Below, in pieces: positions 48,763 through 59,091 of a DNA stretch of 64,000 nt. Numbering within the stretch: the first letter of the stretch is position 1; every line of letters begins with the position of its first letter. Origin of the DNA: an uncultured Alistipes sp. (GTDB taxonomy: Bacteria; Bacteroidota; Bacteroidia; Bacteroidales; Rikenellaceae); NCBI GenBank assembly GCA_910576555.1, contig CAJTIY010000005.1, positions 68,359-132,358 of the forward strand. The letters are read 5' to 3'. A model generated the notes under the pieces. That model worked only from the letters and a program-made list of their open reading frames with translations. It was not told where the DNA came from and did not search any database. Both the position numbers and the translations under genes were made by a program.

Positions 48763-49165
48763 GTACGACCGGCTCGTCCGTTTCTTGGGGACGAGCTGCG
48801 GACGTGGCGTGCTGCTGCTCGGCGCGGGCGCTCTGGCGCTGCTCTACTACCGGATCGATCCGGGGCGTACGGCGTGGATGCCGCAGTGCGTGTTCCGCTC
48901 GCTGACGGGCTGGGAGTGCCCTGCCTGCGGCGGGCAGCGGGCCCTCCATGCGTCGTTGCACGGCGAGTGGGCGGCAGCGCTGCGCTACAATCCCTTTCTG
49001 CTGGTCGCGCTTCCCTATTTGGCGGCGGTGGTCTTCGCGACTTTCGGCACGGGACGGCGGGCCCTGCGGCTGCGCGCGTGGGTGCGGCACCCGTGGGTGG
49101 CGGGAACCTACGCGGCGCTCTTTTTCGCGTGGTGGATCGTGCGCAACACGCCGCTGTGGCCGTAA
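48752..49165 (+). CDS. DUF2752-family membrane protein
   Basis: PQCVFRSLTGWECPACGGQRALH...A.RYNP; C-terminal WWIVRN. Confidence 0.85.
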   Translation: MRRRYDRLVRFLGTSCGRGVLLLGAGALALLYYRIDPGRTAWMPQCVFRSLTGWECPACGGQRALHASLHGEWAAALRYNPFLLVALPYLAAVVFATFGTGRRALRLRAWVRHPWVAGTYAALFFAWWIVRNTPLWP

Positions 49166-49205
49166 TACGACAAGGGCGCCGATCGACTCGGCGCCCTTGT
49201 CGTAT
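49165..49205. terminator. Hairpin between convergent DUF2752 and aspS
   Basis: ATACGACAAGGGCGCCGA/TCGGCGCCCTTGTCGTAT perfect 18-bp stem. Confidence 0.7.
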
Positions 49206-49247
49206 CGCGGCGGCGGGGTCACGCCCCGTCGTCGGTGAAGGCCGGGG

Positions 49248-51005
49248 CTACTCCTCCTTCTTTTCGCGCAGTTCGAGGCAGAGTTCGTCGAGCTGCGCCG
49301 GGTCGACGCGGCTCGGTGCGTCGAGCATCACGTCGCGGCCCGCGTTGTTCTTCGGGAAGGCGATGTAGTCGCGGATCGACTCCGAGCCGCCGAAGAGCGA
49401 GCAGAGCCGGTCGAAGCCGAAGGCCAGACCGCCGTGCGGGGGCGCGCCGAACTTGAAGGCGTTCATCAGGAAGCCGAACTGCTCCTGCGCCTTCTCGGGC
49501 GTGAAGCCCAGACATTTGAAAATCGTGGCCTGCAGCTTGGCGTCGTGGATACGGATCGAACCGCCGCCGATCTCGGTGCCGTTGCATACGAAGTCGTAGG
49601 CGTTGGCGCGCACGCGGCCCGGGTCGCTTTCGAGGTATTGCACGTCCTCGGGTTTGGGCGAGGTGAAGGGGTGGTGCATGGCGTAGAAGCGCTGCGTCTC
49701 CTCGTCCCACTCGAACATGGGGAAGTCGACGACCCACAGCGGCGCGAACTTCTTCGGGTCGCGCAGCCCCAGCTGCTGGCCCACTTCGAGGCGCAGGGCG
49801 CACAGCTGCGTCAGCGCCCTGAACTTCTTGCCGCAGAGGATGAAGACCATGTCGCCGGCCTTCGCGCCGCAGCGCTCGGCCATCGCGCGCACCTCGTCGG
49901 GCGTGTAGAACTTGTCGACCGACGACTTCACGGCACCCTCCTCCACGCGAATCCACACGAGCCCTTTGGCACCCACCTGCGGACGCTTGACGAACTCCGT
50001 CAGGGCGTCGATCTGCTTGCGCGTGTAGGTCGCGCAGCCCGTCGCGGCGAAGCCGACGACGTATTCCGCATCGTCGAAGACGGAGAATCCACGGCCGTGC
50101 GCCAGATCGGTCAGGTCGGCGAACTCCATGCCGAAGCGCAGGTCGGGCTTGTCCGAACCGTACTTCTCCATCGCCTCGATCCACGGCATGCGGCGCAGCG
50201 GCCCGGTCAGCTCGATGCCCATCACGTGCTTGAACATGTGCTTGGCCCAGCGCTCGAACACGCCGATCACGTCCTCCTGCTCGACGAACGACATCTCGCA
50301 GTCGATCTGCGTGAATTCGGGCTGACGGTCGGCGCGCAGGTCCTCGTCGCGGAAGCAGCGCACGATCTGGAAATAGCGGTCGTAGCCGGCCACCATGAGC
50401 AGCTGCTTGAGCGTCTGCGGCGACTGCGGCAGGGCGTAGAACTGGTTGGGGTTCATGCGGCTGGGCACGATGAAGTCGCGCGCGCCCTCGGGCGTTGAGC
50501 CCACCAAGTAGGGGGTTTCGATCTCGAGGAAGCCCTCCGAGTCGAGGAAGCGGCGGATCTCCTGCGCCATCTTGTGCCGCAGGATCATGTTGCGCTGCAG
50601 CGGGGCGCGGCGCAGGTCGAGGTAGCGGTACTTCATGCGCAGGTCGTCGCCGCCGTCGGAGTGCTCCTCGATGGTGAAGGGAGGCGTCTGCGCCTCGTTG
50701 AGCACCGCGATGGCCGTGGCCGACACCTCGATGTCGCCCGTCGGCATCTTGGGGTTTTTCGATTCGCGCTCGATGACCCGGCCGGTCACCTGCAGCACCC
50801 ATTCGCGGCCGACGCGGGCCGCCGTCTCGCGCGCCTCGGCGGGCGAGTGCTCCTCGACGACGATCTGCGTCAGGCCGTAGCGGTCGCGCAGGTCGATGAA
50901 GGTCATGGCGCCGAGGTTACGCACTTTCTGCACCCACCCGGCGAGGGTGACGGTCTGGTCGACGTGTTCGGCTCTCAAACAGCCGCACGTGTGGGTTCTG
51001 TACAT
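49248..51005 (-). CDS. aspS: Aspartate--tRNA ligase
   Basis: [62 protein letters not shown]. Confidence 0.98.
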   Translation of the reverse strand: MYRTHTCGCLRAEHVDQTVTLAGWVQKVRNLGAMTFIDLRDRYGLTQIVVEEHSPAEARETAARVGREWVLQVTGRVIERESKNPKMPTGDIEVSATAIAVLNEAQTPPFTIEEHSDGGDDLRMKYRYLDLRRAPLQRNMILRHKMAQEIRRFLDSEGFLEIETPYLVGSTPEGARDFIVPSRMNPNQFYALPQSPQTLKQLLMVAGYDRYFQIVRCFRDEDLRADRQPEFTQIDCEMSFVEQEDVIGVFERWAKHMFKHVMGIELTGPLRRMPWIEAMEKYGSDKPDLRFGMEFADLTDLAHGRGFSVFDDAEYVVGFAATGCATYTRKQIDALTEFVKRPQVGAKGLVWIRVEEGAVKSSVDKFYTPDEVRAMAERCGAKAGDMVFILCGKKFRALTQLCALRLEVGQQLGLRDPKKFAPLWVVDFPMFEWDEETQRFYAMHHPFTSPKPEDVQYLESDPGRVRANAYDFVCNGTEIGGGSIRIHDAKLQATIFKCLGFTPEKAQEQFGFLMNAFKFGAPPHGGLAFGFDRLCSLFGGSESIRDYIAFPKNNAGRDVMLDAPSRVDPAQLDELCLELREKKEE

Positions 51006-51150
51006 ATCTATGATGTTGTGTTATGTTCTTGCAATCGGCAAAGTTAGGAAAAAGGTTCCGGAAATGGTAGTTTTCGGCGGTAAAAAATCGTCTGCGGCGC
51101 CGCGATTTGGCGCTGCGGCCCGCTTGCACTATCTTTGCCGCCGCAAACCG

Positions 51151-51609
51151 ATGAAAGGAATGGAAGAACAACGATCGATCGACGAAAAATTCATGCGCCT
51201 CGCACTAAACGAGGCCCGCAAGGCGTTCGATGAGCAGGAGGTGCCGATCGGCGCGGTGGTCGTGGCCGGCGGCACGGTCGTCGGCCGGGGGCACAACCTT
51301 GTCGAGACGCTCGCCGACCCGACGGCCCATGCCGAGATGCAGGCCCTGACGGCCGCTTCGTCGACGCTCGGCGGCAAATACTTGCCCGATAGCACGTTGT
51401 ATGTGACGGTCGAACCCTGCATCATGTGCGCCGGGGCGATCGGGTGGGCGCAGGTCGGCCGCGTCGTATGGGGCGCCGACGACCCCAAGAAGGGTTATCG
51501 CCGCTACTCGGAAGCGGTGTTCCATCCCCGGACGACCGTCGAGCGCGGGGTGCTCGGGGCCGAGTGCGAGGCGCTGATGTCCGAATTTTTCGCGTCCTTG
51601 CGCCGGTAG
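51151..51609 (+). CDS. tadA: tRNA adenosine(34) deaminase-like nucleoside deaminase
   Basis: EVPIGAV, DPTAHAE, TVEPCIMCAGA; alternative start at 51160; -7 box TATCTTTG just upstream. Confidence 0.82.
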   Translation: MKGMEEQRSIDEKFMRLALNEARKAFDEQEVPIGAVVVAGGTVVGRGHNLVETLADPTAHAEMQALTAASSTLGGKYLPDSTLYVTVEPCIMCAGAIGWAQVGRVVWGADDPKKGYRRYSEAVFHPRTTVERGVLGAECEALMSEFFASLRR

Positions 51610-51709
51610 GATTTGGAGGTATAGGAATTTTTTTGTTATTTTTGTCCCCAACGCGCTTTCGGGCGGGGATTTTTATCGGAGGGAAACTTCAAAATTCAAC
51701 GCAATAGTC

Positions 51710-52645
51710 ATGAAAAAACTGTTTGTATCGGTAATTGCGCTGCTGGGAGCCGCGACGCTCTATGCGCAGGATCTCACGTCGCTGTACAACGAAGGCGCCG
51801 CCGCATTCGGCGCTAAGAACTACGAGGAGGCCATTCCCAAGTTCGAGCAGGTGATCGCCGACGGCGAAAACGACGAGCTGGCCGAGGAGGTGGTCGCCAA
51901 CTCCAAGAAGGCGCTGCCGATGTGCTACCAGAATCTCGGTACGCGTGCCGCCGGTCAGAAGAACTTCGACGAGGCGATCGCCAAGCTGACCAAAGGCGCC
52001 GAGCTGGCCGAGGAGTACGGCGATCAGAAGCGTGTGAACACGATCAACAACATCCTCTCGAAGGTATATCAGGTGCAGGGCGGTACGGCCTTCAACAACA
52101 AGGAGTACGCGCAGGCCGCCGAGATCTTCGCCAAAGGCTATGCCGCCAATCCGCGCAACACCGACATGGCGCTCAACCTCGCGATGAGCTACTGCGAGTC
52201 GGGCGACTATGCGAAGGGCATGGAGGTCTACGAGAATGTCGCTGCGATGAACCCCGCGAAGTATGCCGAGGCGATCGCGAAGGCGAAGGAGGGCATGGCG
52301 CTCTACACCAATAACGAGGTTGCCAAGCTGCAGAATGCCAACGACTACGACGGCATCATCGCGATGGCCGACGCCCTGCTGGAGAAGAACCCCCAGAGCG
52401 CTCTGGCCGAGAAGGTGCGCCTGCAGGCCTACCTCAACAAGAAGGATTATGCGAAGGTGATCGAGTTGGGCGAGAACGCCGCCGCCGCACAGACCGACGA
52501 CGAGGACCGCAGCCTGATGTACTTCACGCTCGGCGCCGCCTACAACGCCAAGGAGATGAAGCCGCAGGCCATCGCCGCCTTCCAGAAGGTGACGGCCGGT
52601 CCGGCGCTCCAGAGCGCGAAGGCCGCTCTCGCGGGGCTGCAGTAA
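51710..52645 (+). CDS. Secreted tetratricopeptide-repeat protein
   Basis: Signal peptide LYA|Q; all-helical TPR-like repeats (KNYEEAI, KNFDEAI, KEYAQAA, GDYAKG). Confidence 0.8.
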   Translation: MKKLFVSVIALLGAATLYAQDLTSLYNEGAAAFGAKNYEEAIPKFEQVIADGENDELAEEVVANSKKALPMCYQNLGTRAAGQKNFDEAIAKLTKGAELAEEYGDQKRVNTINNILSKVYQVQGGTAFNNKEYAQAAEIFAKGYAANPRNTDMALNLAMSYCESGDYAKGMEVYENVAAMNPAKYAEAIAKAKEGMALYTNNEVAKLQNANDYDGIIAMADALLEKNPQSALAEKVRLQAYLNKKDYAKVIELGENAAAAQTDDEDRSLMYFTLGAAYNAKEMKPQAIAAFQKVTAGPALQSAKAALAGLQ

Positions 52646-52670
52646 ACCGCATCGCGAACGCGACGATAAG

Positions 52671-52703
52671 AGGCTGTCCGACACGGGTCGGGCAGCCTTT
52701 TTT
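52671..52703 (+). terminator. Intrinsic terminator after the TPR gene
   Basis: AGGCTGTCCGAC/GTCGGGCAGCCT plus T-run. Confidence 0.8.
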
Positions 52704-53265
52704 CGTGACGCTCCGGCGCATGCCCGGCGCTCCGCGTTTCGTGCCGTGCGCTTTGGCCTGCCGTGTGCTCTGACGTGTCGTGCGCGATGCTTCGTGCTGC
52801 GTTCGTGCAACCTCCGTCTGCGGCGGGAGTGATCGGTCCGGGGCGGTTCGCGGGATGCCGTGAGGCGTGCGCCGGCTGCGGGCGGGTCGCGGGTGTGTCG
52901 CGTGAGGCTCCGGCGGGGGGCGTGGGCCGGCATCCGGACACGGTCCGGTTTTCGGATGCAGGTTTACCCGACCCGGCCCGGTCGCCTCGCCGCCTTCGCT
53001 GCTACGCTTTACCCGGCCGTGGGCGATGCGCCTTGCGGAGCGTTTTTTCGTCCGTCTGCGGGGCTTCAGTCCGACGGCACCTCTTCGCGGCCGGGGTGCG
53101 ATGTGCCGTACGGGGCGTTTCGTCGGCGATGCGTGCCGCAGGGCGAAATAATCGCCCCTTCGCGGGTAATAAGGTTGGAAATAATGCGTTAAATGATTAC
53201 TTTTGCAGGTTATCGGGAGTCATTTCCCGCAGAAGAACGCAATCAAGAATCCGAACCGATCGTCT

Positions 53266-56200
53266 ATGAATTTGTTTAAACGCTGGAACAACATCGTCGG
53301 TTGGGCCGTTTTCGCCGTGGCGGCGACGGTCTATCTGATGACTATGGAGCCGGTTTCGAGCCTCTGGGACTGCTCGGAATTCATCGCCACCTCCTATAAG
53401 CTCGAAGTGGGACACCCGCCCGGAGCGCCGCTCTTCATGATGCTGGCGCGTCTGGCGACGCTCTTCGCGTTCGGCAATCCCGACTACGTGGGTGCCGCGG
53501 TGAACGCCATGAACTCGCTCGCCAGCGCCTTCTGCATCCTCTTCCTCTTCTGGACGATCACCCACCTCGCACGGCGTCTGACGACGCGCGACGGCAGCGA
53601 GCTGACCCGGGCGAAGGTCTGGGCCGTGCTGGGCGCCGGCGCCGTCGGGGCGCTGGCCTACACCTTCACCGACACCTTCTGGTTCTCGGCCATCGAGGGC
53701 GAGGTCTACGCCCTTTCGTCGATGTTCACGGCGCTCGTCGTGTGGCTCATGCTCAAGTGGGAGGAGGATGCCGACCGGCCGCATGCGTCGCGCTGGATCG
53801 TGCTGATCGCCTACCTGATGGGACTCTCGATCGGCGTGCATATCCTCAACCTGCTGACCATCCCCGCGCTGGTCTTCATCTACTACTTCCGCACGACGGA
53901 GCGGGTGACGCTGCGCGGCGTCGTATGGGCGACGGTCATCGCTGCGGCCATCCTGCTCTTCATCAACAACATCGTCATCCCCTACACGGTCTATGTCGGA
54001 GCGATGGTCGACCTGCTGTTCGTCAATACGTTCGGCCTGCCGGTCAACTCGGGCATGGCACTCTTCGCGCTGGCGCTCATCGGCGCGCTGGGGTGGGCCT
54101 CGTGGCGCTCTTACCGCCGCGGCCGCGTGCTGCTCAACACGGTGCTGCTCTCGGTGACGATGGTGCTGGTGGGCTTCTCCTCCTACGCTTCGGTGACGAT
54201 CCGCGCCGCGGCCAACCCGCCGATGAACTCCAACAAGCCCGACAACCCCCATGCGCTGCTGTCGCTGCTCAACCGCGACCAGTACGGTGCCCGTCCGCTG
54301 CTCTACGGAGCCTACTACTCGGCGATCCCCGAGGGATACAAGGACAAGCGGATCTACTACCTCGACGAGGAGGGCCGCTACCGGAGCGCCTCGGTCATCA
54401 CGGGTTACCATCACGCTCCGGAGGAGATGCACCTCTTCCCCCGCATGTGGGACTACCGCAAGGGCGAGCGCGAATACAAGCAGTGGGGCGCCTACCGCAC
54501 GAAGATCGAGCCGATGCGCGACGACGACGGCAACGTGGTCCGCGACGAGCGGGGTCGCCCCGTCATGCAGGAGGTCCTCGACTTCGGCCGCAAGCGTACG
54601 ATCGCCGACGACTACGGCTCCCGCACGATCGTCGAGCCGACCTTCGCCGAGAACCTCGTCTACTTCTTCAACTACCAGCTCGTCTACATGTACTGGCGCT
54701 ACTTCCTCTGGAACTTCGTGGGGCGCCAGAGCGACATCCAGCCTTCGCGGGTGCTGATCACCGACGGCAACTGGCTCTCGGGCATCCGCTGGATCGACGA
54801 GAAATACCTCGGGCCGCAGGACGAACTGCCGCGCGAGGTGGCCGAAAATAAGGGGCGCAACACCTACTACTTCCTCCCCTTCCTGCTGGGGCTCCTCGGT
54901 CTGGTCTACCAGCTCAACCGCGACCAGCGCAACTTCACGGTGGTCATGTGGCTCTTCCTGCTGACGGGCATCGCGCTGGTCTTCTACTTCAACACCTCGC
55001 CGGGCGAGCCGCGCGAACGCGACTACGTCTATGCGGGGTCGTTCTACGCCTTCTGCATCTGGATCGGCTTCGGCGTGCTGGCCCTGCGCGATCTCATCGT
55101 GTGGATCGCCAAGCGCGACACCGTCGCTGCGGCCGCCGCGGCCACCGTCGTCGCGATGGGCGTGCCCGTGCTGCTTGCGGCGCAGAACTGGGACGACCAC
55201 GACCGTTCGCACCGCACAATGGCGCGCGACATCGGGTGGAACTACCTGCAGTCGACGCTGCCCAATTCGATCATCCTCAACTACGGCGACAACGACACCT
55301 TCCCGCTGTGGAACAATCAGGAGGTCTACGGCATACGCCCCGACGTGCGCATCATGAACACCTCCTACCTCGGGGGCGAGTGGTACATCGACGAGATGAA
55401 GACGAAGGCCAACGACGCTCCGGGCGTGCCCTTCTCGCTGCCCAAGCACAAGTATTCGTTCGTCAACGACCTCGTGCCGGTCTACGACCGCATCGACCGT
55501 CCGGTCGAGCTCAAGGAGGTGATCGACTTCATCCGCAGCGACGACCCCCGCACGCAGGTGCGCCTCGGCCACGGCGTCTCGGGCGAGCAGCTCTCGGACT
55601 ACATCCCGGCCAAGCGGCTGGCGCTGCCCGTCGATAAGGAGAACGCCATCGCTTCGGGCATCGTCGCCGAGAAGGACCGCGACCGGATGGTCGACACGGT
55701 CTACATCACGATCGACAAGCGTTCGATCGACAAGAACGAGCTGATGCTGCTCGACATGCTGGCCCATTTCGACTGGAAGCGCCCGATCTACCTCACGCAA
55801 CCCTTCCTGCTCGACGGCCTCGGACTGATGGACTACCTCCAGTTCGACGGCTACGCCTACCGGTTCGTACCGATCCGCACGCCCGTGCGCAGCGGTGCGG
55901 AGATCGGCCGGATCGACCCCGATTATGCGGCGCCGCTGCTGCGCGACACCTTCCGCTACGGCAACCTCGCCGATCCGCGCGTCTATGTCGACTACTTCAC
56001 GCAGTATAACTTGAGCGCCTCGCACGCCCGCGACGCCTTCGCGCGCGTGGCCAAAGAGTTGCTGCGCGAGGAGCGTACGGAGGAGGCCGTCGAGCTGCTC
56101 GATCTGGCCTTCGAGCGGCTGCCGATCGGGCAGATCCGCTTCACCGATACGAACACCTATCCCTTCCTCGAGGGGTATTACGCCGCTGCGGCGATGGGCC

Positions 56201-56514
56201 ATCCCGAGGCCGCGGAGAAGGGCGACGCGCTGCTGCGCGCCTATGCGCAGAACCTGATCGAGTATATCGAGTACTACCTCCGCTTCGAGGGGGTGCAGGG
56301 CGATATGGTTGCGTCGCTGCTCGACGAGAAGCTCGAGCAGCTGGACGACGTCTACTATCTGGCCTCGTATGCCGGACGCAAGGATGCGGTCGCCGAGCTG
56401 AACGCCTACTACCGAACGCTGGGCGTCGCGGAGGAGAACCTCTTCGATGTGGGCGACCGGCCGCTGCAGGCCGACCGTGCGTCGGTCGACACCGCCGCGG
56501 AGGCGGCCATGTAG
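53266..56514 (+). CDS. DUF2723 / TMEM260-like GT-C membrane protein (putative protein O-mannosyltransferase family)
   Basis: Start MNLFKRW; SLWDCSEFI, HPPGAPLF, FWFSAIEGEVY, GLSIGVH, PRERDYVY, GDNDTFPLW; multi-TM. Confidence 0.82.
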   Translation: MNLFKRWNNIVGWAVFAVAATVYLMTMEPVSSLWDCSEFIATSYKLEVGHPPGAPLFMMLARLATLFAFGNPDYVGAAVNAMNSLASAFCILFLFWTITHLARRLTTRDGSELTRAKVWAVLGAGAVGALAYTFTDTFWFSAIEGEVYALSSMFTALVVWLMLKWEEDADRPHASRWIVLIAYLMGLSIGVHILNLLTIPALVFIYYFRTTERVTLRGVVWATVIAAAILLFINNIVIPYTVYVGAMVDLLFVNTFGLPVNSGMALFALALIGALGWASWRSYRRGRVLLNTVLLSVTMVLVGFSSYASVTIRAAANPPMNSNKPDNPHALLSLLNRDQYGARPLLYGAYYSAIPEGYKDKRIYYLDEEGRYRSASVITGYHHAPEEMHLFPRMWDYRKGEREYKQWGAYRTKIEPMRDDDGNVVRDERGRPVMQEVLDFGRKRTIADDYGSRTIVEPTFAENLVYFFNYQLVYMYWRYFLWNFVGRQSDIQPSRVLITDGNWLSGIRWIDEKYLGPQDELPREVAENKGRNTYYFLPFLLGLLGLVYQLNRDQRNFTVVMWLFLLTGIALVFYFNTSPGEPRERDYVYAGSFYAFCIWIGFGVLALRDLIVWIAKRDTVAAAAAATVVAMGVPVLLAAQNWDDHDRSHRTMARDIGWNYLQSTLPNSIILNYGDNDTFPLWNNQEVYGIRPDVRIMNTSYLGGEWYIDEMKTKANDAPGVPFSLPKHKYSFVNDLVPVYDRIDRPVELKEVIDFIRSDDPRTQVRLGHGVSGEQLSDYIPAKRLALPVDKENAIASGIVAEKDRDRMVDTVYITIDKRSIDKNELMLLDMLAHFDWKRPIYLTQPFLLDGLGLMDYLQFDGYAYRFVPIRTPVRSGAEIGRIDPDYAAPLLRDTFRYGNLADPRVYVDYFTQYNLSASHARDAFARVAKELLREERTEEAVELLDLAFERLPIGQIRFTDTNTYPFLEGYYAAAAMGHPEAAEKGDALLRAYAQNLIEYIEYYLRFEGVQGDMVASLLDEKLEQLDDVYYLASYAGRKDAVAELNAYYRTLGVAEENLFDVGDRPLQADRASVDTAAEAAM

Positions 56515-56554
56515 CGGCTGCGGGCCGGGGCGGCGATCGTGGCCGCTGCTCCTT

Positions 56555-56780
56555 AATGCTCCTCCCGCGTTCTTCTTGGTCGCTCCTCTGGGTCGCTCCG
56601 GGTGTCGGATCGCGGGGGCGGGCGGCGGTCGTCGCCGCTTCTCCCTGATGCTCCATCCGGTCGCTCCGCTGGGGCGCTCCTCCCGGCCGCTCCTCACGCG
56701 TTCTTCTGGATTGCTCCTCTGGGGCACCCCTCTGGATCGCCTCTCCCGGCCGCTCCTTTGGGTCGCTCCGGGTGTCGGAC
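56555..56780. repeat. Degenerate intergenic repeats
   Basis: GCTCCT(C/T)TGGGTCGCTCCGGGTGTCGGA at about 56582 and 56752; GCTCCTC.CGCGTTCTTCT and TCCCGGCCGCTCCT each occur twice. Confidence 0.6.
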
Positions 56781-56844
56781 TCCTTGCCGCGGGGGCCGCG
56801 CCGGTTCGGCCGGGTTTGCTCCGGCGTGTCGCGGCTGCTTGCTG

Positions 56845-56890
56845 AAAAAACGGTTTTCGCGGGGATTCGCTCCCTTCGAAAACCGTTTTT
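56845..56890. terminator. Bidirectional terminator between DUF2723 and the acyl-CoA ligase
   Basis: AAAAAACGGTTTTCG...CGAAAACCGTTTTT. Confidence 0.75.
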
Positions 56891-57047
56891 GCATCCGAGG
56901 GTTTCCGCTCGGGCATCGCCGGAGCATATGCGCGCGATCGCCGGCCCGTTGCGGCGGTAGCCGCTGCGTCGTACGGAGGCCCGGATCGGGTCGACCTCCG
57001 TAGCGTCCGTGCGTCTGCCGTGCGGTGGCGGAGTCTCTGTTCGGAGA

Positions 57048-57207
57048 GCGGATTTCTCTGTTCGGGGTGCGGCGCCGGCGGCAGGGTGGCGGATTTCTCT
57101 GTTCGGGTGGCGGCCGGCAGCAGGGTGGCGGATTTCTCCGTTCGGGGTGCGGCGCCGGCGGCAGGGTGGCGGATTTCTCTGTTCGGGTTGCGGCGCCGGC
57201 GGCAGGG
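57048..57207. repeat. Tandem repeat (VNTR-like), 4 x 39-41 bp
   Basis: GCGGATTTCTC(T/C)GTTCGGG... at 57048, 57089, 57128 and 57169, with a partial copy at 57028. Confidence 0.9.
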
Positions 57208-57311
57208 GAGCGCACGTCCCTCTCCGCCCTCTTCAAACGATGCCGGAGGACCTTACGGGCCCTCCGGCAGACGATTCGTATTTTGCGGCGGTTGTCCGCG
57301 CGGGGTGCGCG

Positions 57312-58994
57312 TCAGCGTTGCGGACCCTCGGGCGCCGTCGGCGCGGAAGTCTCCTGCTCCGGCTGCTGCTTCTTGCCGCTGTAGAGGAAGCGTTTGATCT
57401 TGTGGGTCGGAGTCTTGACGAACTCGTCCTTCTCCTCGACCACCTCCGAGATGCGCGAGAACCGGTTCACTTTGGCGTTGACGAACTCCTTGATCTCCTT
57501 GCGGAGCTGCTCGGTCTTGGCCTCCAGCGCCTCTTTCTTGGTCGCCCACTCGGCGCGCCAGTCGTGGAGCATCGCCTCGATCTCGTCGCTGTTGAAGTGC
57601 ACGAGCGCCACGAGGCGTCCTTCGTGCTCGGTGACGATCGAGTCGGCGATGCAGACGTGGGAGTTGAGCACGCTCTCGATGTCTTCGGGGTAGATGTTCT
57701 CGCCGCTCGGACCTACGATCATGTTCTTGAGGCGGCCCTTGATGTAGAGCCAGCCGTCCTTGTCGAATTCGCCGAGGTCGCCCGTGCGGAACCAGCCGTC
57801 GGGGGTGAAGACCTCCCCGGTCGCTTCGGGATTCTTGTAGTAGCCGAGCATCGCGCTGGGGGTGCGGGCCACGATTTCGCCCTGACGCGTCGCGGCGTTG
57901 ATGTTCTCCAGCCGCAGCTCGACGCCCGGGGCCTGCGGTCCGGTCGATCCCAGACGCACCATCGAGGGGGCCGCGCCTGCCAGCAGGGGCGCCGTCTCGG
58001 TGAGTCCGTAGCCGATGGCGTAGGGCACCTTCGCCTCCAGAAGGAACTTTTCGGCCGCGCTGTCGAGTTTCGAGCCGCCGATGCCGAGGAAGCGGAGCCG
58101 GCGTCCGAACAGCTTCATGAGCTTCTTGCCCGCCACGCGGTGGAAGTAGCGGCGCATGAAGCCGATGCGGTAGAGCCCCCGCCACAGCGCCGTGGAGTTG
58201 AACTTGGCGAGCACCTGATGGCGGTAGATCTTCTCGATAATCAGGGGCACGATCAGCATCACCGTGGGCCGTACGTTGCGCAGCGCCGGCATCAGCGCCG
58301 AGGCCGTGGGCGGACGGTCGAGGTAGGTGACCCGGGCGCCCATCGAGAAGGGGTAGATCATGCCGATCGAGCATTCGTAGGTGTGCGAGAGCGGCAGTAC
58401 GGAGAGGAAGACGTCGTCGGGCCGCACGGGGAAGATCGACGACGCGAGGTCGACCTGCGCGCAGAGCGCCCTGTGGGTCAGCATCACCCCTTTGGGGCGC
58501 GAGGTCGTGCCCGAGGTGTAGATGATGACGGCCAGATCGTCGGGCTGCGGCTCGGCCGTCGCGCCCTCGCCGCGTACGCGCTGCGAGATGACGCCGAGGT
58601 TTTTCGTGCGGACCACGACGTTGAGGCGCTCCACGGTCTTCTTGGAGAGCCGCGTGAAGAGCTTGTCCGAGACCAGCAGTGCTTTGGCTTCCGAGTGTTC
58701 GATGATCATCTCCAGCTCCTCGCCCGAGAAGTCGGGCAGAATCGGCACGGCGACCATGCCTGCCGTCGTCACGGCGAAGTAGCAAATGCCCCAGTTGGGC
58801 GTATTGCGGCTCAGCAGCGCCACCTTGTCGCCCGCCCGCAGGCCGGCTTCGAGCAGCGTCTGTTGCACTTTGGCGATTCGGCGACCCGCCTCGGCGTAGG
58901 TCACGTCTTCGCCCTCGTACATCGTGAAGGCGATCTTCGACGCGAACTCCTGCACGCTGTGGCGTACCATCGCGGAGAGTGTGTTGAATGTCAT
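57312..58994 (-). CDS. Long-chain-fatty-acid--CoA ligase (AMP-binding)
   Basis: Start MTFNTLS; YTSGTTSRPKGVMLTH, GYGLTET, GWFRTGDLG, IKGRLKNMIV..SGENIYP. Confidence 0.92.
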   Translation of the reverse strand: MTFNTLSAMVRHSVQEFASKIAFTMYEGEDVTYAEAGRRIAKVQQTLLEAGLRAGDKVALLSRNTPNWGICYFAVTTAGMVAVPILPDFSGEELEMIIEHSEAKALLVSDKLFTRLSKKTVERLNVVVRTKNLGVISQRVRGEGATAEPQPDDLAVIIYTSGTTSRPKGVMLTHRALCAQVDLASSIFPVRPDDVFLSVLPLSHTYECSIGMIYPFSMGARVTYLDRPPTASALMPALRNVRPTVMLIVPLIIEKIYRHQVLAKFNSTALWRGLYRIGFMRRYFHRVAGKKLMKLFGRRLRFLGIGGSKLDSAAEKFLLEAKVPYAIGYGLTETAPLLAGAAPSMVRLGSTGPQAPGVELRLENINAATRQGEIVARTPSAMLGYYKNPEATGEVFTPDGWFRTGDLGEFDKDGWLYIKGRLKNMIVGPSGENIYPEDIESVLNSHVCIADSIVTEHEGRLVALVHFNSDEIEAMLHDWRAEWATKKEALEAKTEQLRKEIKEFVNAKVNRFSRISEVVEEKDEFVKTPTHKIKRFLYSGKKQQPEQETSAPTAPEGPQR

Positions 58995-59091
58995 GTTCGA
59001 AATGTCTGAATTCCGTTCGGTAAACGGAATGTTCGGCACGAAATTACTAATTTTCGGCTGAAATTCCCTATTTTTGAACCAAAATCGCACG

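Noticed and set aside
53197..56916. Long antisense ORFs (e.g. 1239 aa here, 1271 aa at 12654-16469, 903 aa at 18271-20982)
   Set aside because: Typical high-GC antisense shadows of real genes, with no recognisable motifs
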